64,000 bases of DNA, taken from the NCBI GenBank assembly GCA_029548865.1, contig JAKPMO010000015.1, positions 80,445-144,444 of the forward strand, written 5' to 3'. This stretch comes from Caldisericota bacterium (GTDB taxonomy: Bacteria; Caldisericota; Caldisericia; JAAYUI01). Within the stretch, counting starts at the first letter, position 1. Every line of letters begins with the position of its first letter. Position numbers and translations under genes: made by a program. This document shows, piece by piece, positions 37,501 to 45,845 of the stretch. The notes under the pieces were generated by a model, which did not search any database, was not told the origin of the DNA, and saw only the letters and a list, made by a program, of their open reading frames with translations.

Positions 37501-40500
37501 AACTTCTTACAGCAGGTATCACCCCTGAACTCATCTCCCCAGACACACCACTCACATTCGAAGTCAAGAATGCAGAGGGTGGAAATGTTGACCTCTCACA
37601 AGGCATCAAGGACGTCTACAATGAAAACCTGGTCAAGGAAGACCACATCTGGAATTACCTCTTCAAAGACCCATACATTGATGACTTCTATTACTATGGA
37701 CCAGGCTCGTCACTACCACAGTACTTCTTTGTCAGAACCAACCTGCACAATAGAGACCTCGGTGTTGACAATAACGAAGAGCTCTTCTCTGTCAGGACCC
37801 TTAATACCAGCACATGTGATGAAACAATCTCCATACCATTCCGCCCGATCAAGGTTGATTTCTCACAGGCAAAGAATGGCAAGTATATCTTCAGAGGTTT
37901 CTGTGCCAACGACGTCACCACATGGAAGGGTGAAGAAGGCTCGCCAGACGAAGAGAAGTGGCTCAAAGACCACCAGTTCATCGTCCATGTTTATACACCG
38001 GACCGCAAGCACAGAGGAACTGTTGTAGTACCAATTGAATCACCAAAGGTATCATATGAAATCGTCAACGCCGAAGACCCGAATCTCACGTTCTACTCTT
38101 CACCTGGAGACCCGGACTTCGTAATGACCGCTGGCGACAACCGCATGTACAAAATCAGAGTCACAATCACTGATGCAGAAGGTCGCCTTGTAAAGGGCGT
38201 CACAAAGGGCGTCTCGGTTTGTGGTGGCGGTGTCAAGAACACAGCAAGGTTCACTCCATTTGTAACCAGGCCGGACAGCTTCGACTTCGATTTCAACCCG
38301 TGCCAGGGAACACCATGTGGAACAAAGATCTACCCACATGTTGGATTTGATTTTGATGCTTCAGAAAAGAAAGACGGAATCACAAACGCAATTGACCCAG
38401 GTAATAAGGAACTCTACCAGTTTGGTGGATTCACACTCAACACAAGGCTTGAGTATCAGAAGTGCCGTGACAGAGTTGAGAGTGGATATGTTGAGTACAA
38501 CTCAACCTGCTATTGGTACAGAGACAAGAACGAATGGGAAGTTGACTATGTGAACCCGAAAGACCCGACCCTTAAGGGCTGGGCAATCAACAAGAGAATC
38601 CCACCAAACCTCGAGTTCTCGCTCACTGGAGCATCCGAGCCACTCGCAAGAGGTTGGGGACTTGGAAATATCTACAACTATCCATACTGGGGTGGTGCAC
38701 TGTTTGCAGACATCGACTCCAATGGCGAGCTTGACTATCACGATGCACTTGGTCTTGATGTCAATGCACAAACAGAGTTCTTCCTCTTCGCAGAGGACGC
38801 ATGCTTCGTTGGCGGACTTGTCGGTTCCAACACTTACGTCAACAGCCGCAATGAGGCTGACGTGGCCGGATATCCACCAAGGTTCAGGACTGATCCAAGG
38901 GAAATCCAGAGAAGATTCAAGTACACAGTATCCAATGACCAGACGTTCTATCTTGACTGGGAAGCTTGGCCAGACCATGTTGCTCAGGTTGCCCCGCCAA
39001 AGGTCAAGGTGCTTGATGCATCAACCGGAAACAGGGAAGAAATCGGCAAGGAATTCCTCAACGGCGACAACTATGATCTTATTTACAACTGGGCCAACCA
39101 GCTGATCTGCGAGATTAGGCCAGCCGATGAGAGAGACGTCCCGATGCACCCAGATGGGTACATCATGATGGTTGGCAACCAGCATGAGCAGGCAGTCTAC
39201 GGCAGGACAAAACCATCGGCCGAAGACGAAAAAGTCATGGAAACCACAATTGAATTCACACCAACAGGTCTTGGTGAAGCAACCATCAATATGTTCTATC
39301 TCCAGAAGAACAAGTATTTCTGCGCAGGTTCAGATGTTTGCAACCAGGTCATAAAGATGGTTAAGCCTGAGTTCTATGGCGTGAAGGTGCAGAAGTTTGA
39401 TGTTGGCAAGGGACTTGAGATTACAGCAGAGACAATCGAAGATCTTACACCAAAAGCCAATGGCAAGATCTTCATCACAGTCAAGGAATATGGTGCCGGT
39501 GCACCAGTTGCAGGCGCAAAGGTAAAAGTTTCTGGCCTTGGCGTTGATCAAACCAAAACAACAAACGGCAAAGGCGAAGTTGAGATCGAAGTTGCTCCAA
39601 ATGCAACAGGGTTCCTCAAGATTGAAGCAACTGCAGACAACTTCAAGGGATCATCAACAAAGATCATGGTTGGTTCAGACAAGACCCCACCAATGCTCGA
39701 AATCGATCCAGTTGTTCCGATAACCAACAAAGACGAAGTGCAGATCACTGGTACTACTGAAAGTGGTTCCACAGTCACAATCAATGGCAAGCCAGCAACC
39801 ACAAAGGGCGACAAGTTCACTGGAACTGCAAAGCTCCAGAATGGCAAAAACACAATCGTAGTCGTCGCAACTGATGGTTCGGGCAATACCACAACAAAGA
39901 TGGTCTACGTAACCCTTGACAAAGAGGGTCCGGCCATCATGGTTGATGCAGTTGGTGAAAACAATACCGTATATGGAAAAGACTCAATCAAGCTCAAAGG
40001 CAGAGTTGATGCTGATTCCAAGGTTACCGTAAAAGACATGTCAGGTGCAGTTGTTGGCGAAGCCACCGTTGTGCACGATATGTGGATCCTTGACAATGTA
40101 AAGCTCGCTCCAGCCCCAAGCAAGAACGAGTTCAAGATTGAAGCCACAGATCTCGCTGGCAACACCAGCTCGGTCATGGTCACAATCACCAACATTGACA
40201 GGGTCATCATGACACTCAAGCAGGGTGACGTGAACGCAATGGTTGGCAACACACCAAATGCTCTCCCACTTGCTCCAAAAGGTACAGAGTTCTCGACACC
40301 AGTCGATTTCATCAAGCTCCTTGGTGGAACAGTGGATTTCAATCCGGCAACAAATACTGTCCAGATACAAATCAACAGCCATACACTCATTGCAACAATC
40401 GGATCAAACAAGGTCCAGATTGATGGCAACGAGAAGACAATCCAGTCAGCCCCAACGCTTTCCGGCAGCCTGGTGGTTGTCCCGGCAGTTGACATCTGCG

Positions 40501-40574
40501 CCAAAATGGGTCTTGTAACCCAGGTAAATGATGCAGACAAGACAGTCATGATAATCCTCGACAGGAAACCCTGA
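31557..40574 (+). CDS. Giant (~3005 aa) secreted cell-envelope protein, paralog 1; C-terminal Ig-like and copper-amine-oxidase-N (stalk)-like domains
   Basis: SD AAAGGAG, Sec signal MKKTISILIATLMLMTVLPVFG...ARA, internal GDxRL repeats, DxDxNG motifs, C-terminal DKTPP...ITGTTE...ATDGSGN Ig folds, then a degenerate stalk-like domain. Confidence 0.85.
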   Translation: MKKTISILIATLMLMTVLPVFGNASMARAENSNANGVFVAVRFEASGWRFSGNSHVTMPNQEIIWGRPPQYPMPANIHAWTEFYLDVVPAAGMSTESNHWYAVIDTDGNLWFDSDGNFHDCRYYKYADPEDPDYGTDAASTIDNCQTNPHARFDPTSANNTQGPYQVPRGNNISGAIGAITPFSKSANPTYFMDPKTGRTFRIGIADLVARNSGVVGTSWINPATGNPLVSNPAPEWDQGMALERFLDGYGPGAPPVPPAEPVPNVYYNIGGYFYLNNLDSWNFGEEWHAVNATGNREMGPFDGIHDNQQTYVEGDWIYRRGANGANNLVSGYDYTQTGAGGQASFPHYYGDTRLVPVVTQNVLGRVIRYPAGSAVRDRAPFSTRDAGDDFDVGTPCYRFPLSDTNFSAFGNPPVSLSGNAWPGSTVGDTVHLQLTWGVNGMFDYTTVISPSGTISIAEGIYEKGLDGMRANTVEQYDLRLSHWSTGAEAFLTNPTAYIQPGDALIMSEVLTGGCASPVYNISIETDLWQGVVPSKTMAAIRTPNGEVTFQAQNIQKATVLGPNSQTFAVPACSFENIKLDYREYLGVEIWYDDGVDNNIGADGVNRCLPNNGSDDYVPGSVGELFLGCQDNIADTDIGLGMDAIFGRVTDQAVLPMSDFYQQDPVGNPNFGAPVRFFDTNNAQGGGYGIINYYGCGEALYRDIDYLLAATTGGLGAFEISPGDVRLSDVTVVRRDPITGAQTIISYEAGSTVAQGDADVNLRPGTGPNVLYHPGVVADYVGGNDLSAFYDKYYDIQEYNAYVAGWSFPNPYEPVFLDWKHLDPSDATKWIPLNNQYDLGEFIYDAGPNIETNGWTYAGSIVTAYGNVQDGFIRLTNVSYAGQYYKCGTVCSIYDQWRTNAPVYGITFGNNGDKRFMDMEVIPGSAGATMTVSKPFQVEQTSHVKITLDPAPKAGHWDGNTWIPDERGYVLFQGIGKYEMGKGEPRNLNNMLFEITPNRPTAEFEFTPYRGSCDETGRADRPGSSYGLITTYVIRDNGGQRPAPPDGYYGDYFWDLHGMSSNQFVGKTFKERVKGRFVPWAQDNFYHPEGNLPYPPLPADLQNNYDCFDVFYDKVNPEKLVLTANRLCITTLDQRFPNVSIKLTDADNENDVNDPAGVPFSIPFDLTARQYEGFHANIVNYNCNGGGIAWMAVAVPANTSAQHKFIVQYNTDGTYYYWYWYEPPQNPIDTQYPQVPWALDPNDYLLGEEYTGTFPIPNTTAIKKTPVFVDNRVSLEDIDCSQGTGNCDVCEVPGLRKLGDITGYVGYPLRSDRIGIFDGTFGYIVKYGVPTYVTGYGQVTPSDTGGECLLAVKPKDGSTHLNIRIYSNMTTFDYNSTIAHPAITNGGPFFVYDKMINGSYHEGIDYCGTLDMKVYPPDPYVNFAEFTIVDHALQFSDVHYTAGTTTARYLGPLSPLNIPTPQIQAPYDPILRYVSTEFRCYPGGQTHAGRVTGQVWGGRGGPFGWNAYPAIWSKKMNERLTNEQFGKLGTEFFPLTDYGFYFIVKDGEGRHLSFNPDWEIDRRMVRMEIVGPFARPKVIDRTTGSVTTQYEYNGLKQVPISYDWTGKIVIDQTNYKDFEYQEVRADWNGDAGSDPFTPYQGIPNENRQYRKSNDLIKKLHNLNFSSVGYGTPVGPGMVENTDNVIVVDELIPWQPGKILIYVTLADGTFKMYQDCCTAPPVDGVDVHALGINYVISDDPAIRNAPLGIDNKVEVTLSENQPIQTNKECNDAVVYIWQDRGVQRAGKDLMFGAGDGWITNPPGSTRFYYGRSDGSSSQYDTTWDNEPIDVNGDSKVTFKDWETEICGSYDMATNTWNAGIIDARTFQRNNGIYVFELTDSNRCRVETSGLDFGGEEGIGDPPDHIISDKELLPLYVTAYKYGDDNNDRAFSPFWDPSPMQDTYQQSNPSANRMRYSHEVYLAGQIAIPVEPLDDLIVTVASPKLLTAGITPELISPDTPLTFEVKNAEGGNVDLSQGIKDVYNENLVKEDHIWNYLFKDPYIDDFYYYGPGSSLPQYFFVRTNLHNRDLGVDNNEELFSVRTLNTSTCDETISIPFRPIKVDFSQAKNGKYIFRGFCANDVTTWKGEEGSPDEEKWLKDHQFIVHVYTPDRKHRGTVVVPIESPKVSYEIVNAEDPNLTFYSSPGDPDFVMTAGDNRMYKIRVTITDAEGRLVKGVTKGVSVCGGGVKNTARFTPFVTRPDSFDFDFNPCQGTPCGTKIYPHVGFDFDASEKKDGITNAIDPGNKELYQFGGFTLNTRLEYQKCRDRVESGYVEYNSTCYWYRDKNEWEVDYVNPKDPTLKGWAINKRIPPNLEFSLTGASEPLARGWGLGNIYNYPYWGGALFADIDSNGELDYHDALGLDVNAQTEFFLFAEDACFVGGLVGSNTYVNSRNEADVAGYPPRFRTDPREIQRRFKYTVSNDQTFYLDWEAWPDHVAQVAPPKVKVLDASTGNREEIGKEFLNGDNYDLIYNWANQLICEIRPADERDVPMHPDGYIMMVGNQHEQAVYGRTKPSAEDEKVMETTIEFTPTGLGEATINMFYLQKNKYFCAGSDVCNQVIKMVKPEFYGVKVQKFDVGKGLEITAETIEDLTPKANGKIFITVKEYGAGAPVAGAKVKVSGLGVDQTKTTNGKGEVEIEVAPNATGFLKIEATADNFKGSSTKIMVGSDKTPPMLEIDPVVPITNKDEVQITGTTESGSTVTINGKPATTKGDKFTGTAKLQNGKNTIVVVATDGSGNTTTKMVYVTLDKEGPAIMVDAVGENNTVYGKDSIKLKGRVDADSKVTVKDMSGAVVGEATVVHDMWILDNVKLAPAPSKNEFKIEATDLAGNTSSVMVTITNIDRVIMTLKQGDVNAMVGNTPNALPLAPKGTEFSTPVDFIKLLGGTVDFNPATNTVQIQINSHTLIATIGSNKVQIDGNEKTIQSAPTLSGSLVVVPAVDICAKMGLVTQVNDADKTVMIILDRKP

Positions 40575-40599
40575 TAGAAGAGAGATTGTAACAACCAAC

Positions 40600-40630
40600 A
40601 AAAAAAGCCCCCGGAAACGGGGGCTTTTTT
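40600..40630. terminator. Intrinsic terminator (bidirectional)
   Basis: AAAAAAAGCCCCCG-GAAA-CGGGGGCTTTTTT. Confidence 0.9.
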
Positions 40631-40792
40631 ATTTCATGGCGCATCCATAAAAAGGAGCGGTCAATAGCGGAAAATTATATTGGATCCAGGAATTAAATAT
40701 AATTGAAGTGAAAGCTTTTCCATCAAAGCTGATGAATTTGTAGCTGAACGCTTGAAGAAAAATTTGTTTTTAGAAAGCTTTTTTGAATAGGA

Positions 40793-41842
40793 TTATGATT
40801 TTTTTGGACAGCCGGTTGCAAAATGGCTGCATTTTGGTTTGCACCCCAAACACTTTATGATTGGAGCTTCAATTTCACCAAGCACTTTTCTTGTCCAGAG
40901 TGGATCGGAGAGAGTGGCACGACACACACAAACAAGATCAGCGATGCCTTGCTCGAGGACAACTTCGCAATCTTCTTTTGTTGTTATCCTTCCAGCAATG
41001 GCAACAGGACAGACGCCAGCATTTTTTATTGCCCTGGCAAGAGGGGCAAAATTCAGCCTTCTTGAAGTCTGGCTTCCACCAAGCTTCGAAGGAGCTACGC
41101 CCACCGAGACATTAATCAGGTCTGCACCAACCTCTTTGAAAAGCTTTGCCGCTTTCACACCATCGTTGATATTGAGGCCACCTTTTACCATGTCACATGC
41201 GCCGAGGCGCACTGACAGGATTTTTTCTGGCCCAATTATTTTTCTGGTTTCAGACACTATTTCTTTTGCAAGCCTCGATCTATTTTCAAAAGAGCCGCCA
41301 TAAGCGTCATTTCTTGCATTTGATGACGGCGAGAGAAATTGGGAGAGGAGATAGCCATGGGCGTTGTGGATTTCCACACCATCAAAACCGGCCTCAATGG
41401 CCATTCTGGCAGAATTTACAAAGCACTCTTTGACAAAACTGATATCATCAAGCGTCATCTCCCTTGGTGTCAGGCCGTTCTCGAAGGGAATGGCTGACGG
41501 GGCGATGCAGTCCGGATTCAGGCTCATCCTTCCTGAATGAACGAGCTGGATGATTGCCGGTATGCCAAAGGATTTTATTGAACTGGCCACTTGTCTGAGG
41601 CTGTCGAGATGTAAACTGCTGATTGCACCAAGCTGTTTGAAACCGAATATTCTGCCTAGTTCGTGGACGTATGTTGCTTCAACAATGACAATCGAGGCCC
41701 CGGAAAGCGCGCTTTGCCTGTATGAATCAAGCAACTTTTCTGTTGCCATGCCATCATCTGTTGCAAGATTTCTGACAAATGGAGGAACAACTATCCTGTT
41801 TTTGAGTGCAAAGTTTTTTATCTGGAAGAAGCTCTCTACCAT
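40793..41842 (-). CDS. NADH:flavin oxidoreductase (Old Yellow Enzyme family)
   Basis: LKNRIVVPP, IQLVHSGR, AGFDGVEIHNAHGYLLSQFLSP, RNDAYGGSFENR, C-terminal CLGCKPKC; start re-assigned to ATG 41842. Confidence 0.9.
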   Translation of the reverse strand: MVESFFQIKNFALKNRIVVPPFVRNLATDDGMATEKLLDSYRQSALSGASIVIVEATYVHELGRIFGFKQLGAISSLHLDSLRQVASSIKSFGIPAIIQLVHSGRMSLNPDCIAPSAIPFENGLTPREMTLDDISFVKECFVNSARMAIEAGFDGVEIHNAHGYLLSQFLSPSSNARNDAYGGSFENRSRLAKEIVSETRKIIGPEKILSVRLGACDMVKGGLNINDGVKAAKLFKEVGADLINVSVGVAPSKLGGSQTSRRLNFAPLARAIKNAGVCPVAIAGRITTKEDCEVVLEQGIADLVCVCRATLSDPLWTRKVLGEIEAPIIKCLGCKPKCSHFATGCPKKS

Positions 41843-41889
41843 AAAAGAAATGATAGCATGCGAGTTCATTTTTTGAAGTGGTGGAAAAC

Positions 41890-41934
41890 AAAAAAAGAGA
41901 CCTTTCCACTTTTTTATGAAAAGGTCTCTTTTTT
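41890..41934 (-). terminator. Intrinsic terminator after the ABC permease
   Basis: AAAAAAAGAGACCTTT...AAAGGTCTCTTTTTT inverted repeat. Confidence 0.8.
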
Positions 41935-41951
41935 GGCGAATTGCTTTTTCT

Positions 41952-42659
41952 TTATCTGAGGACCATCTTCTCCCTTGAGAACATGCCGATTGTTGCAAGG
42001 AATATGGCAATGCCCAGAATGGCGAGGCCAACGCCGATTATTGTGTAGGAAAGCATCAGTGGGATATTGAGCGGGTTTCCAAAAATAACCCATGCGACAA
42101 GGCCTATGAATGGCAGTTCCGGGAGGGTCGAAAGACCCGCGCCCATTTTGGTGTTTTTGACCTTGGTAGAGATCAGCATGCCTATCGATGTGGAAAACAG
42201 ACAAAAAGCCATTGGCATTAGCAGATAAACCAAAAGAAGCGGAAGGTTGTCCTGAAAGAGAAATATTGGTGAGCCTGCCGGTCTTGCAAGAAGGTTGTAT
42301 GAGATGATGTATATGAGGATTGTTGATATGTAGGATATTGCACCAAGCATAACGGCAAACAGTGATTTGCCAAGGACCAGTGCCGAGTCAGAGAGTCTTG
42401 TTGTCAGAAGCGTTGGTAGTGTGTTGGTCTCTTTTTCACCGGCAAAAGCATAGACAGTTTCAATACTTGAGATAAGCGCTGCAACAAGCATCAAAAGGAG
42501 CGGAAGTGCAGGGTTTTTGTCTGGGGACAGCATCGGTGCCGTCAGTGGGAACATTATCCCATAAATAACAGGGAGTATTACAACACCTATCATTATTTCC
42601 TTGTTGGCCATGGTCTGAAGTCTTTCCTTCCACGCCACAAGCCTGATGTCACGCCACAT
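41952..42659 (-). CDS. ABC-2 type transporter permease
   Basis: VAWKE, FAGEKETNTLPTLL, LVLGK, about 6 TM helices. Confidence 0.88.
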   Translation of the reverse strand: MWRDIRLVAWKERLQTMANKEIMIGVVILPVIYGIMFPLTAPMLSPDKNPALPLLLMLVAALISSIETVYAFAGEKETNTLPTLLTTRLSDSALVLGKSLFAVMLGAISYISTILIYIISYNLLARPAGSPIFLFQDNLPLLLVYLLMPMAFCLFSTSIGMLISTKVKNTKMGAGLSTLPELPFIGLVAWVIFGNPLNIPLMLSYTIIGVGLAILGIAIFLATIGMFSREKMVLR

Positions 42660-43587
42660 TGTTTTCCTCCACCAGCTCTATAAAGATATCTTCAAGCGAG
42701 AGCTTTTCCTGCCTCACTTCATATATCAGTGCACCCTCGGCCACGAGCTTCTGGATTAGGATTGGTATTCTCTCTTCAGAACTAAGTTCGTAGTACAAAA
42801 AATCGCCATCAGTCCTGGAAAGCCTGCCAAGGTCGCCAGTGACTTTTGATGCGATTTCTTTGCTAATGTTTTTTGCTGTGACTACAACCGAATGTTTGCC
42901 AGAATTTTTCCTTAGCTCCTCAACAGTGCCGCAGGCAAGTATCTTGCCGCTTTTTATGATGGCAACGCTGTCACAGACCCTTTGTGCCTCGTCCAGCCTG
43001 TGGGTGTTGAGAAAAACCGTTGTCCCTCTTTTTCTGGCCAGTTCCAGTATCAGGTCCCTGAATCCGGCAGACGAGACCGGATCAAGGTTTGCTGTTGGCT
43101 CATCAAGAAACAGGATTTCAGGTTCGCAGAGCATTGCGCGTGCAAGTGCGGCTTTTTGCCTCATCCCCTTCGAGAGCGTCGCACATCTTTTTTTGGAGTA
43201 ATCAGAGAGAGAAAAGAATTCAAGCTCATCCTTTATCCTCTCCCTGATCTTTTTTTCGTTCATGTTTTGCGCTCTTCCAAAGAACAAGAGATTTTCGTAG
43301 AGCGTCATGGTGTCGTAAATACCTGGCTCTTCAAGCAAACACCCTATCCTTGAACGGAGTTCACTGCCGTCACTTCCAGGATCGAGGCCAAGAACCTTTA
43401 CACTTCCAGCATTTGGTTTCAGCAAACCGGTAAGAACATACAGGGTGGTAGTTTTTCCTGCACCATTTGGGCCAAGAAAACCAAATACAGACCCTTTTTT
43501 GACATTAAAGGTAATGCCGCTGACAGCCTCAAATTTCCCATAGAAACGCTTGAGGTTTTCAACGCTTATTGCGATTTCGTTTGTCAT
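42649..43587 (-). CDS. ABC transporter ATP-binding protein
   Basis: GPNGAGKTT, LSKGMRQK, LFLDEPT, NTH, C-terminal SLEDIF. Confidence 0.93.
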   Translation of the reverse strand: MTNEIAISVENLKRFYGKFEAVSGITFNVKKGSVFGFLGPNGAGKTTTLYVLTGLLKPNAGSVKVLGLDPGSDGSELRSRIGCLLEEPGIYDTMTLYENLLFFGRAQNMNEKKIRERIKDELEFFSLSDYSKKRCATLSKGMRQKAALARAMLCEPEILFLDEPTANLDPVSSAGFRDLILELARKRGTTVFLNTHRLDEAQRVCDSVAIIKSGKILACGTVEELRKNSGKHSVVVTAKNISKEIASKVTGDLGRLSRTDGDFLYYELSSEERIPILIQKLVAEGALIYEVRQEKLSLEDIFIELVEENNVA

Positions 43588-44435
43588 TTCCCGCTCTTTA
43601 AGTCTCCGAGGTTTAGTATGACTCCGCCGCCATCACCAGACATTACCTGGGGCAGGGTTCCGTTCCATTTTTCAATCCATCTGTTCTGGAGTATGGCTTG
43701 CGTGAGCGATTGGTTGACAAGCTGTTGTTCAATCTTTTTTGCCTCTGCATTGACCTGGGCAATTTCTTTGTTTTTCATAGCTTCTTGTCTTTTGTATTCG
43801 GCCCTGAGCGCGTCCTGTTCGGCAACCTGTTTGCGCTCAATGGCATCTGTATACTCTTTCGAGAATGTTATGTTGACGAGGTTAACATCTTCAAAAATAA
43901 CACCTATTCTCTTGCTCGGGTCTTTGTCTTCACGGTCCATCCTGATATTAAGCTCTTTTATTATTGAGTCTCTTATTTTGAGTCTGTTCAGATGAATCTG
44001 GTCAGTGACGTAGTCTGGGATTATTTCCTTGACCACTTGGGACACACTTGGCTCGACGACCCTGGCCGATATGTTATCGAGGGAATTAAACCTTCTGATC
44101 ATGTCCTGAACCATTATTGGGTCAAGCCTGTAATTTACAGTGATGTCAATAATGACATCCTGTTGCTGTTTTGAAAAAGTCTCCAGTTTGCCCTGGTACA
44201 TCTGGGTTTGCACACTGACCAGCTTTGCCTGGTCAACGAACGGAATAAGGAAATTGAGTCCTTCGCCCCTTTGACCCGTGATTGCGCCAAACCTCTGGAC
44301 AACGCCGACGCTACCCGCTGGGATGACAACAAAACCGTTCCAGATAATAATCACTGCAAGAACTATTGCAGCAATCAAAAGAATATTCTTTGTATTGTTC
44401 TTGCGCGGATTCCCTTCAACATATCTTTCAGCCAT
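43584..44435 (-). CDS. SPFH/prohibitin (band 7) family membrane protein
   Basis: TM, then IPAGSVGVVQRFG, EGLNFLIPF, FSKEYTDAIERKQVAEQ, IEKWNGTLP. Confidence 0.9.
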   Translation of the reverse strand: MAERYVEGNPRKNNTKNILLIAAIVLAVIIIWNGFVVIPAGSVGVVQRFGAITGQRGEGLNFLIPFVDQAKLVSVQTQMYQGKLETFSKQQQDVIIDITVNYRLDPIMVQDMIRRFNSLDNISARVVEPSVSQVVKEIIPDYVTDQIHLNRLKIRDSIIKELNIRMDREDKDPSKRIGVIFEDVNLVNITFSKEYTDAIERKQVAEQDALRAEYKRQEAMKNKEIAQVNAEAKKIEQQLVNQSLTQAILQNRWIEKWNGTLPQVMSGDGGGVILNLGDLKSGK

Positions 44436-44516
44436 TTTTAATTCCTCCTTTGTCTCTTTGAAACATTATACATTGACACCAAACAAAGGAAATGGTTTTA
44501 GGTCTAGTTAAATCTT

Positions 44517-44957
44517 CTAGTTTGTACGTTTTTGGCTCTGGTATGTGACCTTTGTCTGGCCGTATTCGGAATATATTTTTACCGAGAGCCATAACCCCTC
44601 TCTGAAAGCAACCAGTTGCGCCATACCAAACTCTTTGTTTATGAATGAGCTTTGGACCTCAATTTTCCAGCCCATTGTTTTTAGCTCACGATTGAGGGCC
44701 ATATATACATTACTATAGTCATCTTGCGTTTTGAGGCTCCCATTGAAGGTTGGAGGGTATGAGTTTTCAATATATATCCCGGCTACGGGATCAATCTCCG
44801 GGTTACTTGGTACAGGATAAATTGATGGAATATCGTCTATACTTTTGGTTATTGACAGGGATTTTTGGTATATTTCCTCATTGTTTATTTGCTGAATGCA
44901 AGATACCAATGATAGTATTGATAACAATATTATTATTGCAAAAGTAATGCGTTTCAT
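44517..44957 (-). CDS. Putative lipoprotein
   Basis: Start re-assigned to MKRITFAIIILLSILSLVSC (lipobox), 7 nt downstream of TTGACA-17-TTTAAT. Confidence 0.7.
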   Translation of the reverse strand: MKRITFAIIILLSILSLVSCIQQINNEEIYQKSLSITKSIDDIPSIYPVPSNPEIDPVAGIYIENSYPPTFNGSLKTQDDYSNVYMALNRELKTMGWKIEVQSSFINKEFGMAQLVAFREGLWLSVKIYSEYGQTKVTYQSQKRTN

Positions 44958-45127
44958 TACTGGTATTAAAATGCAGTAAAGCTGATCTGTCAATATGATT
45001 AAAATATACAAATATGTATATTTATTACCAATTTCATGGTTTTTATAAATCGTTCCCACTAATGCAAAGGTTGCTCATAGTCAATCAAATGCTGTCTTGT
45101 AGATGATTATTTTGATTGTGAAAAATA

Positions 45128-45156
45128 TTCTTATGTGTCATATATGCACATAAGAA
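45128..45156. promoter_or_regulatory. Palindromic candidate operator upstream of the Fis-like gene
   Basis: TTCTTATGTG-N9-CACATAAGAA, just upstream of TTGACA (45172)...TATAAA (45196). Confidence 0.55.
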
Positions 45157-45218
45157 AAATATGCCCGGCAGTTGACATGTCTTTACCCTAAATGCTATAA
45201 AACCCTTTGAGGTGATAT

Positions 45219-45512
45219 ATGGAAATTCAATCCGACGTTCTCAGTGACACTCTGAAGGCCAGCCTTATAAGTGAAATAGCAAAACATGTTGGTGTCGAGG
45301 AGACCGAAGTAATGCTAAAATCTGTTTCTTTCGATTTTTCAAATGAAACACTTAATCTCAAGGATGTAACAAGAAAGACCATCATAAGGGCAATAGCCAG
45401 GTCCGGTGGCAAAATATCTCATGCTGCAAAACAGTTGGGCATCACCAGAAAAACGCTTTATGCAATGATCAAAAAATACGAACTTGGTTCTATATTACAC
45501 ATACATGAGTAG
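45219..45512 (+). CDS. Stand-alone Fis-family (HTH_8) DNA-binding protein
   Basis: LKDVTRKTIIRAIARSGGKISHAAKQLGITRKTLYAMIKKY, the C-terminal HTH of NtrC-type activators; no AAA+ domain; SD GAGGTGA. Confidence 0.82.
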   Translation: MEIQSDVLSDTLKASLISEIAKHVGVEETEVMLKSVSFDFSNETLNLKDVTRKTIIRAIARSGGKISHAAKQLGITRKTLYAMIKKYELGSILHIHE

Positions 45513-45547
45513 TTGATGCATAATATGTGTTTCATATACTCATTACG

Positions 45548-45572
45548 TGGAGCATTTACTCAAAATGCTCCA
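45548..45572. promoter_or_regulatory. Candidate upstream activator sequence for the sigma54 promoter
   Basis: Perfect 10-bp inverted repeat TGGAGCATTT-N5-AAATGCTCCA about 80-100 bp upstream of the -24 element. Confidence 0.5.
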
Positions 45573-45650
45573 TTTGCTTGATAACCTCCCCTATGGACCC
45601 AAAACGAGAACCTTAATACAAAGTATCGTTGATTGCTAGGTTTTTTCCTG

Positions 45651-45666
45651 TGGCATGATAATTGCA
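45651..45666 (+). promoter_or_regulatory. sigma54 (-24/-12) promoter of giant protein 2
   Basis: TGGCATGATAATTGCA, GG-N10-GC spacing exact; 14/16 identical to the promoter at 31315. Confidence 0.8.
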
Positions 45667-45845
45667 TAATATGACATCGGAGAACCAAACCCTCCAGTCA
45701 TTCTTATTTTTGGTTCTGCTCGTTTCATTTGTAGTAGATATGGACAGTGAGTAATCTTGCTGTTTACTACGCCGCTAGTATTTTTTGCGGCGTTCCGGTT
45801 GCTAGTATTGATGCTACAACCGGTGAATTGAAAGGAGACATTGTG

